Shown here piece after piece: positions 50,719 through 63,377 of a DNA stretch of 64,000 nt (position 1 is its first letter; the number at the start of each line of letters is the position of its first letter). Below the pieces are notes generated by a model that was not told the DNA's origin, did no database searches, and saw only the letters and a list, made by a program, of their open reading frames with translations. The position numbers and the translations under genes were made by a program. Where the stretch lies: assembly GCF_018350175.1 (NCBI RefSeq), contig NC_058368.1, forward strand, positions 32,738,001-32,802,000, given 5' to 3'. This DNA is from Felis catus (Eukaryota).

Positions 50719-51684
50719 ACTGCAAAAAATTGTTTGAAAAAAATAATATTCAGTGAATGTTAGAACTCAAGAAATTAGATAGGTGGAAATTTCTTCAATC
50801 TAATAAAGGATAGAAGAAAGAATTTATACCTATTAAACTTCATACTGAAATATTATCTTTGGTTAAAAAAATCAAATACATTCATAAATACTAGTTATAT
50901 TCAACACTAACCAATAGGATTCAAAGGGAAGGAAGAAACAAAACTGTCTCACTTACACATAACATAATCCCCTAAAAGGTACCGAAACTACTATATTTAA
51001 TAAGTAAAACTGATAAGGTTATAAAGTCAAAATTTTGAAAAAGATCTATTTTACCTTTATATGTTGGCTAGTAAGAAAATATATTGAAATGCTAGGTTTA
51101 TTAAAGATGAAAAAAATCTAAAAGAAGATGTGCACAGTTTCTACTTTGAAAAACATGATTAATGTTGAAAGAAATTGGAGATCTGAATAAATGGAGGAAT
51201 GTACCATGTTCATGGATTTGAATACTCAGTATTGTGAACATGTCAGGTAACCCCAACAGACATGAATTTCATGGAAGTAGAGGTAAAAATCTTAACTTTT
51301 TGAGGAGAAATTGACAACCTGGTTTTGAATCATACAAAAATGAAAAGAATTCAGAATGATCAAGGCAATTTTGAAGAACAAAGCTGAAGAAATCATAAAA
51401 ACACATATTAATTCTTAAATATTTTATAAGTATAGCAATTAATGTATTGGAACAAAGGTGACAAAAAGAACAAAGCTGAGAATTATGAATTAATCTCTAA
51501 GATATGTACATTTATCAGATATATGGCCTTTTTAATAAATAGTGCTGGATGAATTGACTATCTATGAAATATAGTTTTGAAATAGCTATGAAATATAATG
51601 ATAATAATTTTGCAAATTACGTTACATCATATACACACAGTTACACTGAAATAAAAAGAAAAAGAAGAAAATCAATTTCAGATA

Positions 51685-51899
51685 CAGTAACTTGGTCTGT
51701 GAGTGTTCTGCAAGACGAGCAAACATTTTAATAAATTTTAACGATAAATGGTATCTTGCAGTACGAGTAGTTTGTGACGCCAAATGTCACATGATCCCAA
51801 ATGATCCACTGGTTCTTGAAATTCACTTTGATATGTAAGTGTTTTGGATTATAAGCATGTTTCCAGAATGAATTATGCTAGCAAACCAAGGTTTTACTG
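51685..51899. mobile_element. Tigger/TcMar-family MITE
   Basis: TA|cagtaacttggt...accaaggttttactg|TA: imperfect terminal inverted repeats with TA duplication. Confidence 0.8.
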
Positions 51900-52595
51900 T
51901 ACTTTTAGACTTAATTAGAATAGAAAAACAAAATTTTAGGAGACAACAGGGTATCTGTATTGCTTGGAACTGACAAAGATTTCTTATATAAAACTAACAG
52001 TAAAATAATAAGTCAAATTGCACTTATTTATATGTTTCATACGACTTAAGTTGCACATACAAATTTACCTAAATATATAAATTATATATTTAAATATATT
52101 ACTCAAAATCAGCCATTAAGAGACTACAAAGAAAAATATCAGAGTTGAAGATATTTGCTCTAGATATTCAGGAAAGGATCATGTCCAGTATTTGTATTAA
52201 AAAATTTCAAAAATCAATACATAAAATATAAAAAAATAATGGTATATTGGATTAAAAAAAGAATATACAAATGGCCAATAAAAATATAAAAAGGTGATGA
52301 ACTTCATTAGTCATCATAATTCAGTTGGTCTACACAGTCATCACAATGAATACAATGAAAAAGGGAGGAAATACCAATGGTCAGAAAAGATGTGGACTCA
52401 CTGAAATTTTCATTAACTGCTAATGGAATCTAGATTACTCTGGAGAAACTCTGGCCTTATTTGACAAAACTTAATTGGTGTATACCCTGTGACCTTTGAA
52501 TTATACTCCAAAAAGTCCAATATAAATGTAAATATTGAATAATCAAAAGACATGTACTAAAATGTTCTTAGCAACACTAAAAATTCAAAATTACA

Positions 52596-52777
52596 GGGGT
52601 GCCTTGTGGCTCAGTTGGTTAAGTGGCCAACTCTCGATTCCCGCTCATGTGTTCTCTGGGTTCGTGGGATGGAGCCCCATGTCTGGCTGTGTGCTGACAG
52701 CGTGGAGTCTGCTTGGGATTCTCTCTCTCACCCCCTCTCCCTGTCTCTCCCCCACTCAGATAAATAAATAAACTTAA
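52596..52777 (+). mobile_element. Can-SINE
   Basis: TSD aaaaattcaaaattaca / aaaaatccaaaattata. Confidence 0.93.
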
Positions 52778-52915
52778 AAAAATCCAAAATTATAAATATC
52801 TAAAGGTTCATCAACAGTACAATGGATAAATAAATGGTCTTATAGTCACACAAGAGTGCATAGTACCTGGCGTCGATAATGAGCAATATACAACTACACA
52901 AAATAAGATTGATAA

Positions 52916-53425
52916 TGAGAGACAAACCTGGATGACCACAGAGCCTCATTTCCTCTCTCTTTTTGGTTGCTTAGTGCAGAGCTGGCCCAACTGAACTAAT
53001 GTCAGCATTCTTATCTGGTGGAGTCCTTTCCCTAGCCTTAGTATGCAATCCTTGATACTCCTTATATACACTCCCACATGCTTTTCCTGAGCAAGAGATC
53101 CAGTGATATATTTCTTGTTACTTAGAAAACCAGGTGTTTCCTAAGGCCTTATTTGGCCAGGAATTCACAAATGTACTCCAGTGTCTCTGTGGGGCTTGCT
53201 CCATTCTTGAAATATTTCTCACCTCAAATCTCTTTTAGCTAGAATCTTGACTGTGGTGCACAAGGATCATCTTTGCCCAACCGGTGCTGTGGAATAATCA
53301 GAGTTAGGATTCTGGGCACTCTTCTACTTGTCTGCTTTTTAATTTTCCCTCTCCTGCCCACAAAATCTGTTATATTTGCAGCATATGGTGCCAGGGGTGT
53401 GCATCCATGACCTTATTGCATGACA
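52916..53425. mobile_element. Putative solo LTR, family not recognised
   Basis: About 510-bp GC-richer TG...CA block interrupting the L1ME 3'UTR, which resumes at catctcacaaacgtaat; no clear TSD. Confidence 0.45.
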
Positions 53426-55044
53426 CATCTCACAAACGTAATACTTTGTAAAAGAAGCCAGGTGCAGAAGACTATGTCTCCTTTTATATAAAATCAGATA
53501 AATATCTATGCCTTTATAAGCATCATACTGTTTTGGTGAGGGCTAATGATAGAAAGAATCAGAGGGGATAGGGTTTCTGATGTGCTGACAGTGGCCTATT
53601 TTTATCAGGATTTTATTTACTTGGATTTAATTCAGTTTATGAAAATTCATTGAATTTAAAACTCATGATGCTTATGTGAACTTCCTGAAAATGTATGTCA
53701 GTATTTTTAAAAAGAAACACACAAATGCATCGTCATAAGAAACATTCAGTTCATTGATGTAGTCACAATATATATAGTAGTTTTACATTTCACACTAAGT
53801 TCGTGACAAAGCTAGGTAACTAACTAATTTCTAGATAAATTTTTACCTAGGTAAAAGCTAGGTAAATTAATTTCTAGATACTATTTATAAAAACAATATG
53901 CCTGTTTAATTAGTTATTGTAATTAGTTTAATTAGTTATTTCATGATAATTTTTGAAGACAAATATGTGATTTTGGCTCGAGATTGAATGTCTTTTAGAG
54001 CAGTGGGACCGTGACCATGCCTAGTATGAGACATCTCCAGTGACGAGATGACTAGCTATTAGAACCGTAGCCTAAGTTGACATTAGGAATTTTTGAAACT
54101 TCCCTGAGCATTGATAAACTTAAGTCTTGTTAAATGTTTTAATATTTTTTAGTTGGGAAAATGATTAGAGTTCATAAGTCAGTATATGGAAGAATCAAGC
54201 TCTGTCTCTCAAGTACAGACTTCTAATAGAGTCTTACATGGCTTGGTAACATTTGCATTTTTATTTTGGAGTGTCTCTAAGAGGCATATTGAAGGCGAAA
54301 GCACCAGCTTTGTCATCATACGAAGGGAAATCTATGTTCTGTCAATTACTGTACCACGTTATGCAATTTTTCCCTCTTTTTTTGGCATTAGGTTGTCTCC
54401 TTTGTGAAGTAATACTTCTTGCTTTACAGGGATTAAATGAACTATTATTTATAAAACATGAGTTATTTTAAGTGCTTCAAAATGATCACTGTTTATCAAG
54501 GGAAGCAGAAAACTTGAGAGTATTGGACATCATATGCTGTGACTGTTATGATAAGATATTAAAACATTTACTATTAAATACTTTTATGATAGTTTGAGAT
54601 GCTGTCTATATCAATAACTGGAAATTACTCTAGTAGTTATAATAGCAATATGGATGTGAAAGATATATTAACTATTATAAGTGGTTATTTAAAAGAAAAA
54701 GTAAGAGTTGCTGTTGTATAGAAATATACTATTCAAACTTTTTGAGGGGAATAGAAATATTTAGTTAGAATTTATTCATTTAAATAATTCAGTTTGGACA
54801 CTAAGTGTACATTTTGAGTCTCATCTACTTTTAAAATATTGACAAATGGATTGGATTAGTGGGTTGTAATACAATATCCTTTGCTAGACACACTTCATTC
54901 ACCTTGGACAAATTCAGAATATATTTTGAAACAACTGTTTGAGATTCTATTATTATTTAGAAGAGTAAAACAGTGGGAAAAGTGGATTAACCTAAAAAAC
55001 CTAAGCATTTAACTGAAATCAGATGTACAAATTAGCTAACTTAC

Positions 55045-55090
55045 GAAGATTTTATCCCATCTCAGTCTTCTATTTGAAATCTGCAGGTAT
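55045..55090 (-). other. Candidate micro-exon (46 nt)
   Basis: attcttattccttttatcag|ATACCTGCAG...AATCTTC|gtaagt; one open frame YLQISNRRLRWDKIF; splice signals only. Confidence 0.3.
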
Positions 55091-56578
55091 CTGATAAAAG
55101 GAATAAGAATTATTACCTTGTTTGCAAAGTTCATTCAATGATGCCCAAGAAAAAGGAAATAACCAAGATTTAAGAAATCAAAGAAAGATGAAACTATTTA
55201 CAAAAACAAATGCTTCCTAATTATACCCTTTTCACTTATAAAATTGATTTATAAATTTTAGAACAGATTATAAATAACATTTTTATCATTCCTATTAATA
55301 TTAAATTTAGAGACTGTAAATTCAGTGTGTTGTGTGATTTATTTTAATAATAAAAGCATAGCAGCAAGATTGTAAATTTGATTGTTAGAAATTAATCATT
55401 GAAATGATATAAGATGAAAGTTTTAATATGACTGAAAAATCAGTTATTTGGGCCAATAAACAGTCCAGAGTGTCTTATATACTCTGCAATGACCACTATT
55501 ACGATATTTATGTATATTCGTCAACTGGATGCCTAATTACCAGGAAGTTTTGTTTAGTAACTCGAGCCTTAATATACTGATTGAACTGTATACCTTGGTT
55601 TACTAGCAACGCTGTGAAAATTATACTTTTTAAAATATATAGATATTCACTAATGCATTTGTTTTTATGGATTTTCTCTCCTTAATATAGACCTTTTTTT
55701 TTTGTCTGTCAAATTTCAATAACAATTACCTTAAAACATATTTAGTTATAAATTTAAAATAAAAGTTCAGGAGGAATAGGGGAAGGATAACCATTGAAGG
55801 GGATTCTTAACTCTAAAAAACTGTCACTCGTTTGGAGTTTTAAATGTTCTGACCTTCATGGCATGATACAAATCCCATCTGTTTATCCAAATGTTTACTT
55901 GAAAGTGGTGATTTGAAGTGGACACTTTTTGGGAGGGACTTAGATTGGTTAGGAGTTTTTATCATATAATTTGATATTCTGAAGGAGATTGTCAGAATTA
56001 AAGGGCATTTTTAATTATGTGAAGATTTTAATGTTAAAAATAATTTTACCATAGTAATTAGATGAAGAATATTAAACTAATGAAATCTAAATGTTATTTT
56101 ACAAATTGTTGCAATAATTGGGTTACATTAAAATGAATATTTGGATTATGATTTGTTAAGTTATAAATTTTCAGAAAACAGGGGAAATTCTATGATGCTC
56201 TGTTCTTATTTAATAAATCTGAAATTGCTTATTTGTATAATTTTGATTTTTAACAATGATATCAAATTAGATTATGAAAAACAAAGGATTTTTCAAACAC
56301 ATAATTATCTGTATTTTAAACACTGGTATCAGTCTTTAATAAGGATAGATACATACAAATGTGTTTTAAAAATATGCCTGACAGTCACTTATGCCTTTCT
56401 TTTATTCAAATATTGGATTGATTTAACTTCACAAATTATCTTAGATAATATATGAGTTTAGAGGTGAGATAATTATATAATTCAAAAAATCAAACATTTC
56501 AGTAGTGGTTGACTTGTGTTTTGAGTCAAAATTTTTAACTGATAATTTCTGAAATTTCACATTAAATTGAAACAAACT

Positions 56579-56692
56579 AGGGAGGGAGGGGAGGGTGGGT
56601 GATGGGTATTGAGGAGGGCACCTTTTGGGATGAGCACTGGGTGTTGTATGGAAACCAATTTGGCAATAAATTTCATATATTGAAAAAAATAA
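56579..56692 (+). mobile_element. Very short young felid L1 3' end
   Basis: Near-identical to the reverse complement of 48113-48210; TSD taaattgaaacaaact / taaattgacacaaact. Confidence 0.95.
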
Positions 56693-56959
56693 TAAATTGA
56701 CACAAACTCAAGCTGGCAAATGTATTCAGAAAATGGACAGAAATGAAAATAAAAATTACTAAGGAAATTACTAAGGAAAATAAAAATTACTAAGGAAATG
56801 CATAAATCTATGCATTTATGTCATGAATTATTAAGTAATATGGGTCAAAATATGAATACACTGTATTCCAGAGGGTCAAGGACTTAAAATTCTGATGAGT
56901 TTAAATATGTACATAAATAATTCTAATATAAATTAAATATAAATATCGATATAAATTCA

Positions 56960-58740
56960 ATTAAATTTATTGAGTCCTAAATTTGTGCCAAGAACTTTTC
57001 TAGGTAAGGTTTCTTTCCTAAGGAATAATGTGTATTATTAAAAACTCATTGTGTTATTATTAAAATATTATATATTGTATTATATAATTACATATTATTA
57101 TATATATTATATATCATATTATAAATTTCATTATTTTAATTATATCATTATATTATAATAAATGTATTTATTAAAGGTTATTAAGGGTTAAAATAGTAAA
57201 TATTGATTCCTAGTAAATATTGATGATACTGATAAAAAGATTTTCATGGAAAAGTTAAAATTTGTGCTGGACCTAGACAGATGTGAAACATGTAAAGAAG
57301 GTAATAAATGGAATATAAACCAAACCTTAGGAACACAACAAGCAAATATAAGGGATGTGGAAAAAGTCTAAGTTGTGTTTGAGAAATCAGTAGTAGTCTA
57401 ATTCAACAGAAGGTAGGGCGTGTGTAGAGGATGAGAGTTAAAGAGAAGGCAAAATCCAGGCCGTGATGGGATCATGGAAAAAATATTCACTCTGAAGCTA
57501 AGAGGCTTAGAATATTTTCTATATTTGGTAAGAATTCAATAAATATTTTTGACAGTATAGTGCATTAGTATAATTCATGTGACAATAGAGAACAGGAATA
57601 AGTACAACTGACATTATTAAAGATTATTTAGAAATACAAATAAATAGCTAGGAGGACCCTAATTTCTGTTGACAGTAATGAAAATGGAAGTTATTTTATG
57701 GGCAAAAGAGATATTTTGCAGGAAGAATAAACAATTTGATGACTAAATATAAGGGAGTGGGCAGAGGTTAAGGTTAGTATTCCAATAGATATGCTAATGG
57801 TATTATTACCAATAATAAAAAATTAAATGAAGAACTGACAAGAGGAAAATATTTGTGTGGAAGAATAGAGAATGTTTAGAAATAGATAAACATATCAAGG
57901 CAAAATGGCAGATAGTATGTACAACTGAAACTCTTAAAGAGTTCTTGATAAGGAAATGGAATACTCTATGTTAAGGTATTTCTATTATTCTGCTTGGGAT
58001 GCCATAACGAAATGCTACAGACGGGGTGGCTTTAACAAGTGAAATTCATTTTCTCATAGTTCTGGATGCTAGAAATCCCAGATCAAAGTCCTGGCAGATT
58101 ATGTTTCTGGTGAAGGCAATCTTCTTGGCTTGCAAATGGCTGCTTTCTTGCTGTGGGAACACATGGCCTTTCCAGTGTGTGGGCCAAAAGAGAGAGTGAG
58201 AGGGATCTGGTGTCTCTTCCTTTTCTTATAAGGACATCAACCCTTTCAGATTAGGGCTCCACCATTATGACTTCATTTAACCTCCTAAAAGCCCTATCTC
58301 CAAATATAGTTACATTGAGAGTTAGGGCTTCAACATTTGACTGTTTGGAGGTGGGGACAAAATTTAGTCCATAGTAGTATTATTTGAAACAATGGAAATA
58401 CAATAGAGTAGTTTATAGTGGAGAAGAAGAATCTGTGGGAAGATATGTATCTGGAGGACATGAGGTTGAATTGTTGCAATTTTAGAGACAAGGAGAAAGA
58501 CAGAGAGGAGATAAATAAAACTTAAGAATAACATGGAAATCGAGAAAGAAGAGGTTTAAGGAAGGAGGTAGTGATTTCATAATGTAAAATGCCATAAGTG
58601 ATAAAAAAATGCTGAAGATTATATACAAGTAACTAAATTTGGCAATTATTTAATTGAGTGATAAACAGTTTCAATGAATTAAGGGGAATGAATTAGGAAG
58701 GAAAACTTTTAAAGAATCTTTAAAAGTAATTTTTACATAG
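56960..58740 (-). mobile_element. Fragmented L2 relic (split by an AT-rich patch and an MLT1A LTR)
   Basis: atttattgagtcctaaatttgtgccaagaac..; purine-rich L2-like tracts at 57230-57780 and 58380-58740. Confidence 0.5.
57981..58376 (-). mobile_element. MLT1A-like solo LTR
   Basis: gccataacgaaatgctacagacggggtggc..cttataaggacatcaaccc..gttagggcttcaacat; 5-bp TSD gtatt at 57976-57980 and 58377-58381. Confidence 0.92.
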
Positions 58741-59124
58741 TTAGGGCAAGGAACACCTAAAGTAAGCTTTTAAGAAAGGAGTGAATTAGACTATATTGAG
58801 GTATAAGAAATGTGAGAAGTTTAGCCATATATGTAATGAGTACAATGGAAAAGTTTTTGGAAAAAGTATGACTCAAGCATATGTATTTACAAAGTAAAGA
58901 ATTTTTTAAGTGTATAAACACCTGAAACATATCAAGTGGAAGTAGAATATTTAAAATTCTTGGCAAATGAAATCTTCAAATAAGTAAAGAGATATTATTT
59001 GGACACTCAACAATTAACAAAAGCTCCTGAAGCATTGTAAAATTAGAATCAAATCCATATTGCCAAATATGGCTGACATAGTAGGGCAAATAAACTGAGA
59101 AAGCCTCATTACAAGAACCACGTA

Positions 59125-59342
59125 GGGGGGCGCCTGGGTGGCTCAGGCAGTTAAGCATCCGACTCTTGGTTTTGGCTCAGGTCATGATCTCCCAATTTTG
59201 TGAATTCAAGCCCCACGTTGGGCTCTGTGCTGGCAACCAGAGCCTGCTTGGGATGTACTCTCTCTCTCTCTTTCTCTCTCTCCCTTCTCTGCTTGTCCTG
59301 TCTCTGTCTTTCTCAAATTATAAACAAACAAACAAATAAATA
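59125..59342 (+). mobile_element. Can-SINE
   Basis: TSD aaccacgta / aaccatgta. Confidence 0.94.
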
Positions 59343-59989
59343 AACCATGTACAGAGAGCCTGACTAATCCTCAGGCTGGATGGACCATGAGAAGGGAGAA
59401 TGCCCTCCCCCTCCCCACCACATGTCTATACTCTGGTAGTAAGCATTTTCAGTAGACAATTGGTAGAGGTACAGTGTGGAGAGAGACCTCTTTTGTGATA
59501 CACACATGCGGGTATGCTGAAAGCTAAGGGTAGAAGAGCAATGCTGAAGAAAAAGTTTTGGCCCCACAGGTCTTACACTAAGTAAAGGTAGGAGAAACCT
59601 ACTTCTCTGTCTGTGGACTGTGACGGTGATGACAGGAACAATGAAAGAGAAACCTTTCTAGTCTAGTTATGTAGACTAGATTGATTTCACCTCCCACCTT
59701 AAGTCATGCAGAATAGATTTGCCCATTTCTGGTTATAAAGCCAATTTATGTTAGTATCCACTGTTCTAAAAACATTGCCCAACATTCAATCAAATCGTAT
59801 TAGATACACAAAAAGACAAGAAGAGACAAGAAAACACTTTATCAGGAGACAGGCAACAGAATCAGATGCAGTGATGGCACCTATATGCATGACAAAAATC
59901 AAGTAAGTAATTGTACTCTAAGAAACAAACTCTTAGACCTGAAAAAATGGCAATTTACAATGTTGTTTAAAGAATGAAATAGAGATAAA

Positions 59990-60275
59990 ACTAACAATAT
60001 ACATACAAGACTTGTAGGTTGAAAACTTTAGAATTTTGATGCTAGAAATTAAGACCGACATAAAGAAATGGAGATCTCTACCAGATAACAAATAAGGGAC
60101 AGTCCAGTATTTTTAACATATCAATTTTCTCCAAATGGATCTCTAAATTCGATGACATCCAAATCAGTATTTCAGCAGACTCTTTTCTTTTGATTTGTCT
60201 ATCTGACCCTAAATTTTATACAGAAATATAAAGGACCTAGAATGGGCCAAAGGTTCTAAACAAAGTACAAAGTTG
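59990..60275 (+). mobile_element. Old L1 ORF2 fragment
   Basis: caagacttgtaggttgaaaac..aaatggagat..tcaattttctccaaatggatct..ctaaattttatacagaaat. Confidence 0.65.
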
Positions 60276-60282
60276 AACTAGA

Positions 60283-60547
60283 TTATAAGATGAATAAGTT
60301 CTGAGAATCTAACATACAGCATGAAGACTATAGTTAATAATACTGTATTGTGTTTTGTTTGTGATTCTCTGGGAGAGTAGATCTTAGGTGTTCTTACAGA
60401 AAAAAAATAGGTGTGTGATGTGATGAATGAGTGGGTAATTGACTTGACTGTGTTACTTGTTTCACAATGCATACATATATTGAAAATCATGCACATTTTA
60501 AATGTATCACAATTTTATTTATCAATTATGCATCAGTAATCTGGAGG
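60283..60547 (+). mobile_element. L1MA-like 3' end
   Basis: tataagatgaataagttctgagaatctaacatacagcatg..tagttaataatactgtattg. Confidence 0.8.
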
Positions 60548-61328
60548 GCACAATAAACCTATCATTGATTAAATGTAAAGTAATATGGGGGAAAGTGTAT
60601 TTTCAGTACAAACTAAATACTAAGAAAAATATATATTCTACATACTGTATTATGATGTGTAAACAGGTATGGAAATAGGGGAAGGGAGGAAAGGAAGAAA
60701 AGGTAATCCACCGATCTAATCATGGCTCATAGCTTACTAATAGCCTCCTATTATTATCAAAAGAAATATCAGACAAGGATATTATAAGGAGTTAAAATTT
60801 AAAAAGTGACCACCACATAAAGAATGCAACTATCTCCAAGTGTCACAAAATTCACATATACCACAAACAGAAGAAAATTGATGTCATAGTGATATATAAT
60901 TTAAAATCTCATACACAAATAGAAAGGAATGTTAATTCCTACAGAAAAATAAATAGATGTCACAGAAAATCCAAAATGTATGCTGCATTCCAGAGACAGA
61001 ACTTAAAAGAAGAGATTTCTAAAGATCGACAATTAAAGGACAAACATATGGCAAGTAAATGCTAATTAAAAGAAAACAGGTGTTGCTAACATGACATCAG
61101 ACACTTTAGAATTCACATCCAAAACATTAAATAAAACAGAGAAGAGCCTTTATAATGCTGAAAGTTACATTTTATAGTGAAGATGTGTTAGGGTTATCTA
61201 TATACACATATAAAAAGACAGACACAAATTATTTTTAAGAAGTTATAAACAAGGAAGATAAGAGAGACAGAAATACTCAGATAAGAAAAAATTACTTATG
61301 AGGTAAAGTAAAATGAAGTAAAGTGAAA

Positions 61329-61377
61329 TAATAAAATAAAATAAAATAAAATAAAATAAAATAAAATAAAATAAAAT
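61329..61377. repeat. (TAAAA)n microsatellite
   Basis: Read directly. Confidence 0.95.
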
Positions 61378-61678
61378 ACTATTTGGCCAAATCAAGTAAA
61401 AGGAATGAAAGATAATGGTTAACTCTCCTATAGTTGGGCTCCTATAAAGCTTCACAGAAGCCTAACATGTGCCTGTGCTTAGGTATTCAATCCTAGTCAT
61501 CTAACAGACTTACACTTCAAACCCTTGAGAGGACAAGGGGAGGGACAGGTCTCTTTCCCAAACGTAAATAATGTCATGCCTGGCTAATCCTTCCACTTAT
61601 TGCCATTTCCTCTAGCTATAAGGCATAAACTCCCAGATGATCTTACCAAGAGTGAGTTCAGTATCTCCACAGCCTCAA

Positions 61679-61712
61679 ACACACACACACACACACACAC
61701 ACACCCCACACA
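61679..61712. repeat. (CA)n microsatellite
   Basis: Read directly. Confidence 0.93.
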
Positions 61713-63353
61713 CATATACATATGTATATAGCAAAGCTTATGCCGTATCATACTGTTATTGAGTGGTGACTCCTATTCATACCAGAAAAAACTGATGTGT
61801 CCTAAATACAAATTCAAAATTTCACAGCCAAGAATCAGGTTCTGGTTTTGGAGTACTGAAATTCAGTACTCTTAGAGCTTTATGTGATGCCTTACAATGA
61901 ATGGTGGATTTGCAAATCTGTTGCTGGTGCTGTATTTATCTGTTTTCTTCTACATCCACTCTTCCAGTGATACATGTATATGCTACTTGCTATTCCTTTG
62001 TTTTAAAAGAGTGAATGTTCAATAATAATTTAAAAAGTGATATGGTAGAGGTAATCTCATAAATTTAAAACAAACTTTGATTAATTTTATACAAATTAAT
62101 ATGAAATCCCAGTCAAATTGATTGAATACTTTTCTACAAAAATTCTCAAAAAAGACATGAGAAGAGATAAAAAGTTTAGACAATTTTGTTGCTTATTAAG
62201 AAAGGTGTCAGAGAGTTTCTAAACCTTCCTGCAAGAAAGCAGTAGAATCAGATGTTGTTACAAGGTAATTCTGCTAACATTTTTAAGACAAATGATGTCA
62301 GTGATCTTTGAATACTTGGGAAAATATTGAAGACGTTAATACAGAACTCGATAATTTATTAATCAAACTGAGAATTCTTCACTCAAATTTTTCATAAACC
62401 TAAATATCCTAATCATCCTCTAGTAAACATCCTAAATATAATATTAACAAACATAAATTAGCAGTGTATTGAAAGAATTAGATGTTAGGGCTGATTAGGT
62501 TTTATTTAAGGGATGCAAGGATGTTTCTGTATTAGGAAAGCTGCCAAAACAGACTATCGTTAGTAAATCATAGGAAATAAATACTATGATTATACCAATA
62601 ATTACCAGAAGTATTTGGAAAAAATAGATCCTCTTGATTTTCAAATATCAATCATAACAGAATAGATAGTTACATCTTTAAAATGATCAGATACATCCAT
62701 CTCAGACTAAAAGACAGCATTCTGCTTAATATGGAAGGGTTTCTATTGTATATAAAGAGCTCCCCAAAACTATAAGGAAAGGACAATAAACAGGAGCTAA
62801 AGAATAAGGATGAATAATCCACATTATGGGATGAATAGGTGGTAATAATCTATGCAAGTTACAGATAACTCTAACTCACAAATTGATGCCTTATATGGGG
62901 TTAGCCAGAGTGAAATGAGAGAACAGCATGGAAATGTGATACTTAAAGTTGTATCCATTCATTATCACCCATTTCAACAGTTCCTTCATCCTAAACCTAG
63001 TATATTTTTTCCCAAGCTTTTATCACCTTCTGATATATTATATAATATAAATTTTATAATATTGTCAGTCTGCTTTCCCAGTTAACATGTGATGCCCATG
63101 ATGACAGGGCTTTTGGCCTGCTTGGCTCAGTGATGCAACCCAATTGCTCAGTTAATATCTGTAGATGACTAAATAATAATTAGGATGTAAACAAAAATCT
63201 CATGATAGTAAGGGAGGCCATATTCATGAAGGCAAATGAACTTGTAGTGTGTTGCATCTATGATGATTATTTTTTTAAGTTTCTATGTTTAGCTGATAAA
63301 AAATTACAATCCATTCTATGAGATGCAAATAGATGGCCTAACAACAACTTTAC

Positions 63354-63377
63354 CTTCAAATTTTCTTGTGTGAGTCT
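63354..63377 (-). other. Candidate micro-exon (24 nt)
   Basis: ttttcaaaatgcattttcag|AGACTCACACAAGAAAATTTGAAG|gtaaag; splice signals only. Confidence 0.2.

Larger units (their letters stand above)
50180..53715 (+). mobile_element. Ancient L1ME-like relic (ORF2 3' half and 3'UTR) with later insertions
   Basis: gataccaaacctgag..aaattacaggcct; ctgaataaatggaggaatgtaccatgttcatggat; caaatggccaataaaaatataaaaaggtg; tcatcaacagtacaatggataaataaat. Confidence 0.75.
60900..62740 (+). mobile_element. Ancient L1M ORF2 relics (fragmented)
   Basis: tatgctgcattccagagac..; gatgttgttacaaggtaattctg; agggatgcaaggatgtttc..attaggaaa. Confidence 0.5.

Noticed and set aside
61851..61871. Perfect 10-bp-arm palindrome gagtactgaa-a-ttcagtactc
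   Set aside because: Isolated and plausible by chance or local template switch in 64 kb of AT-rich DNA
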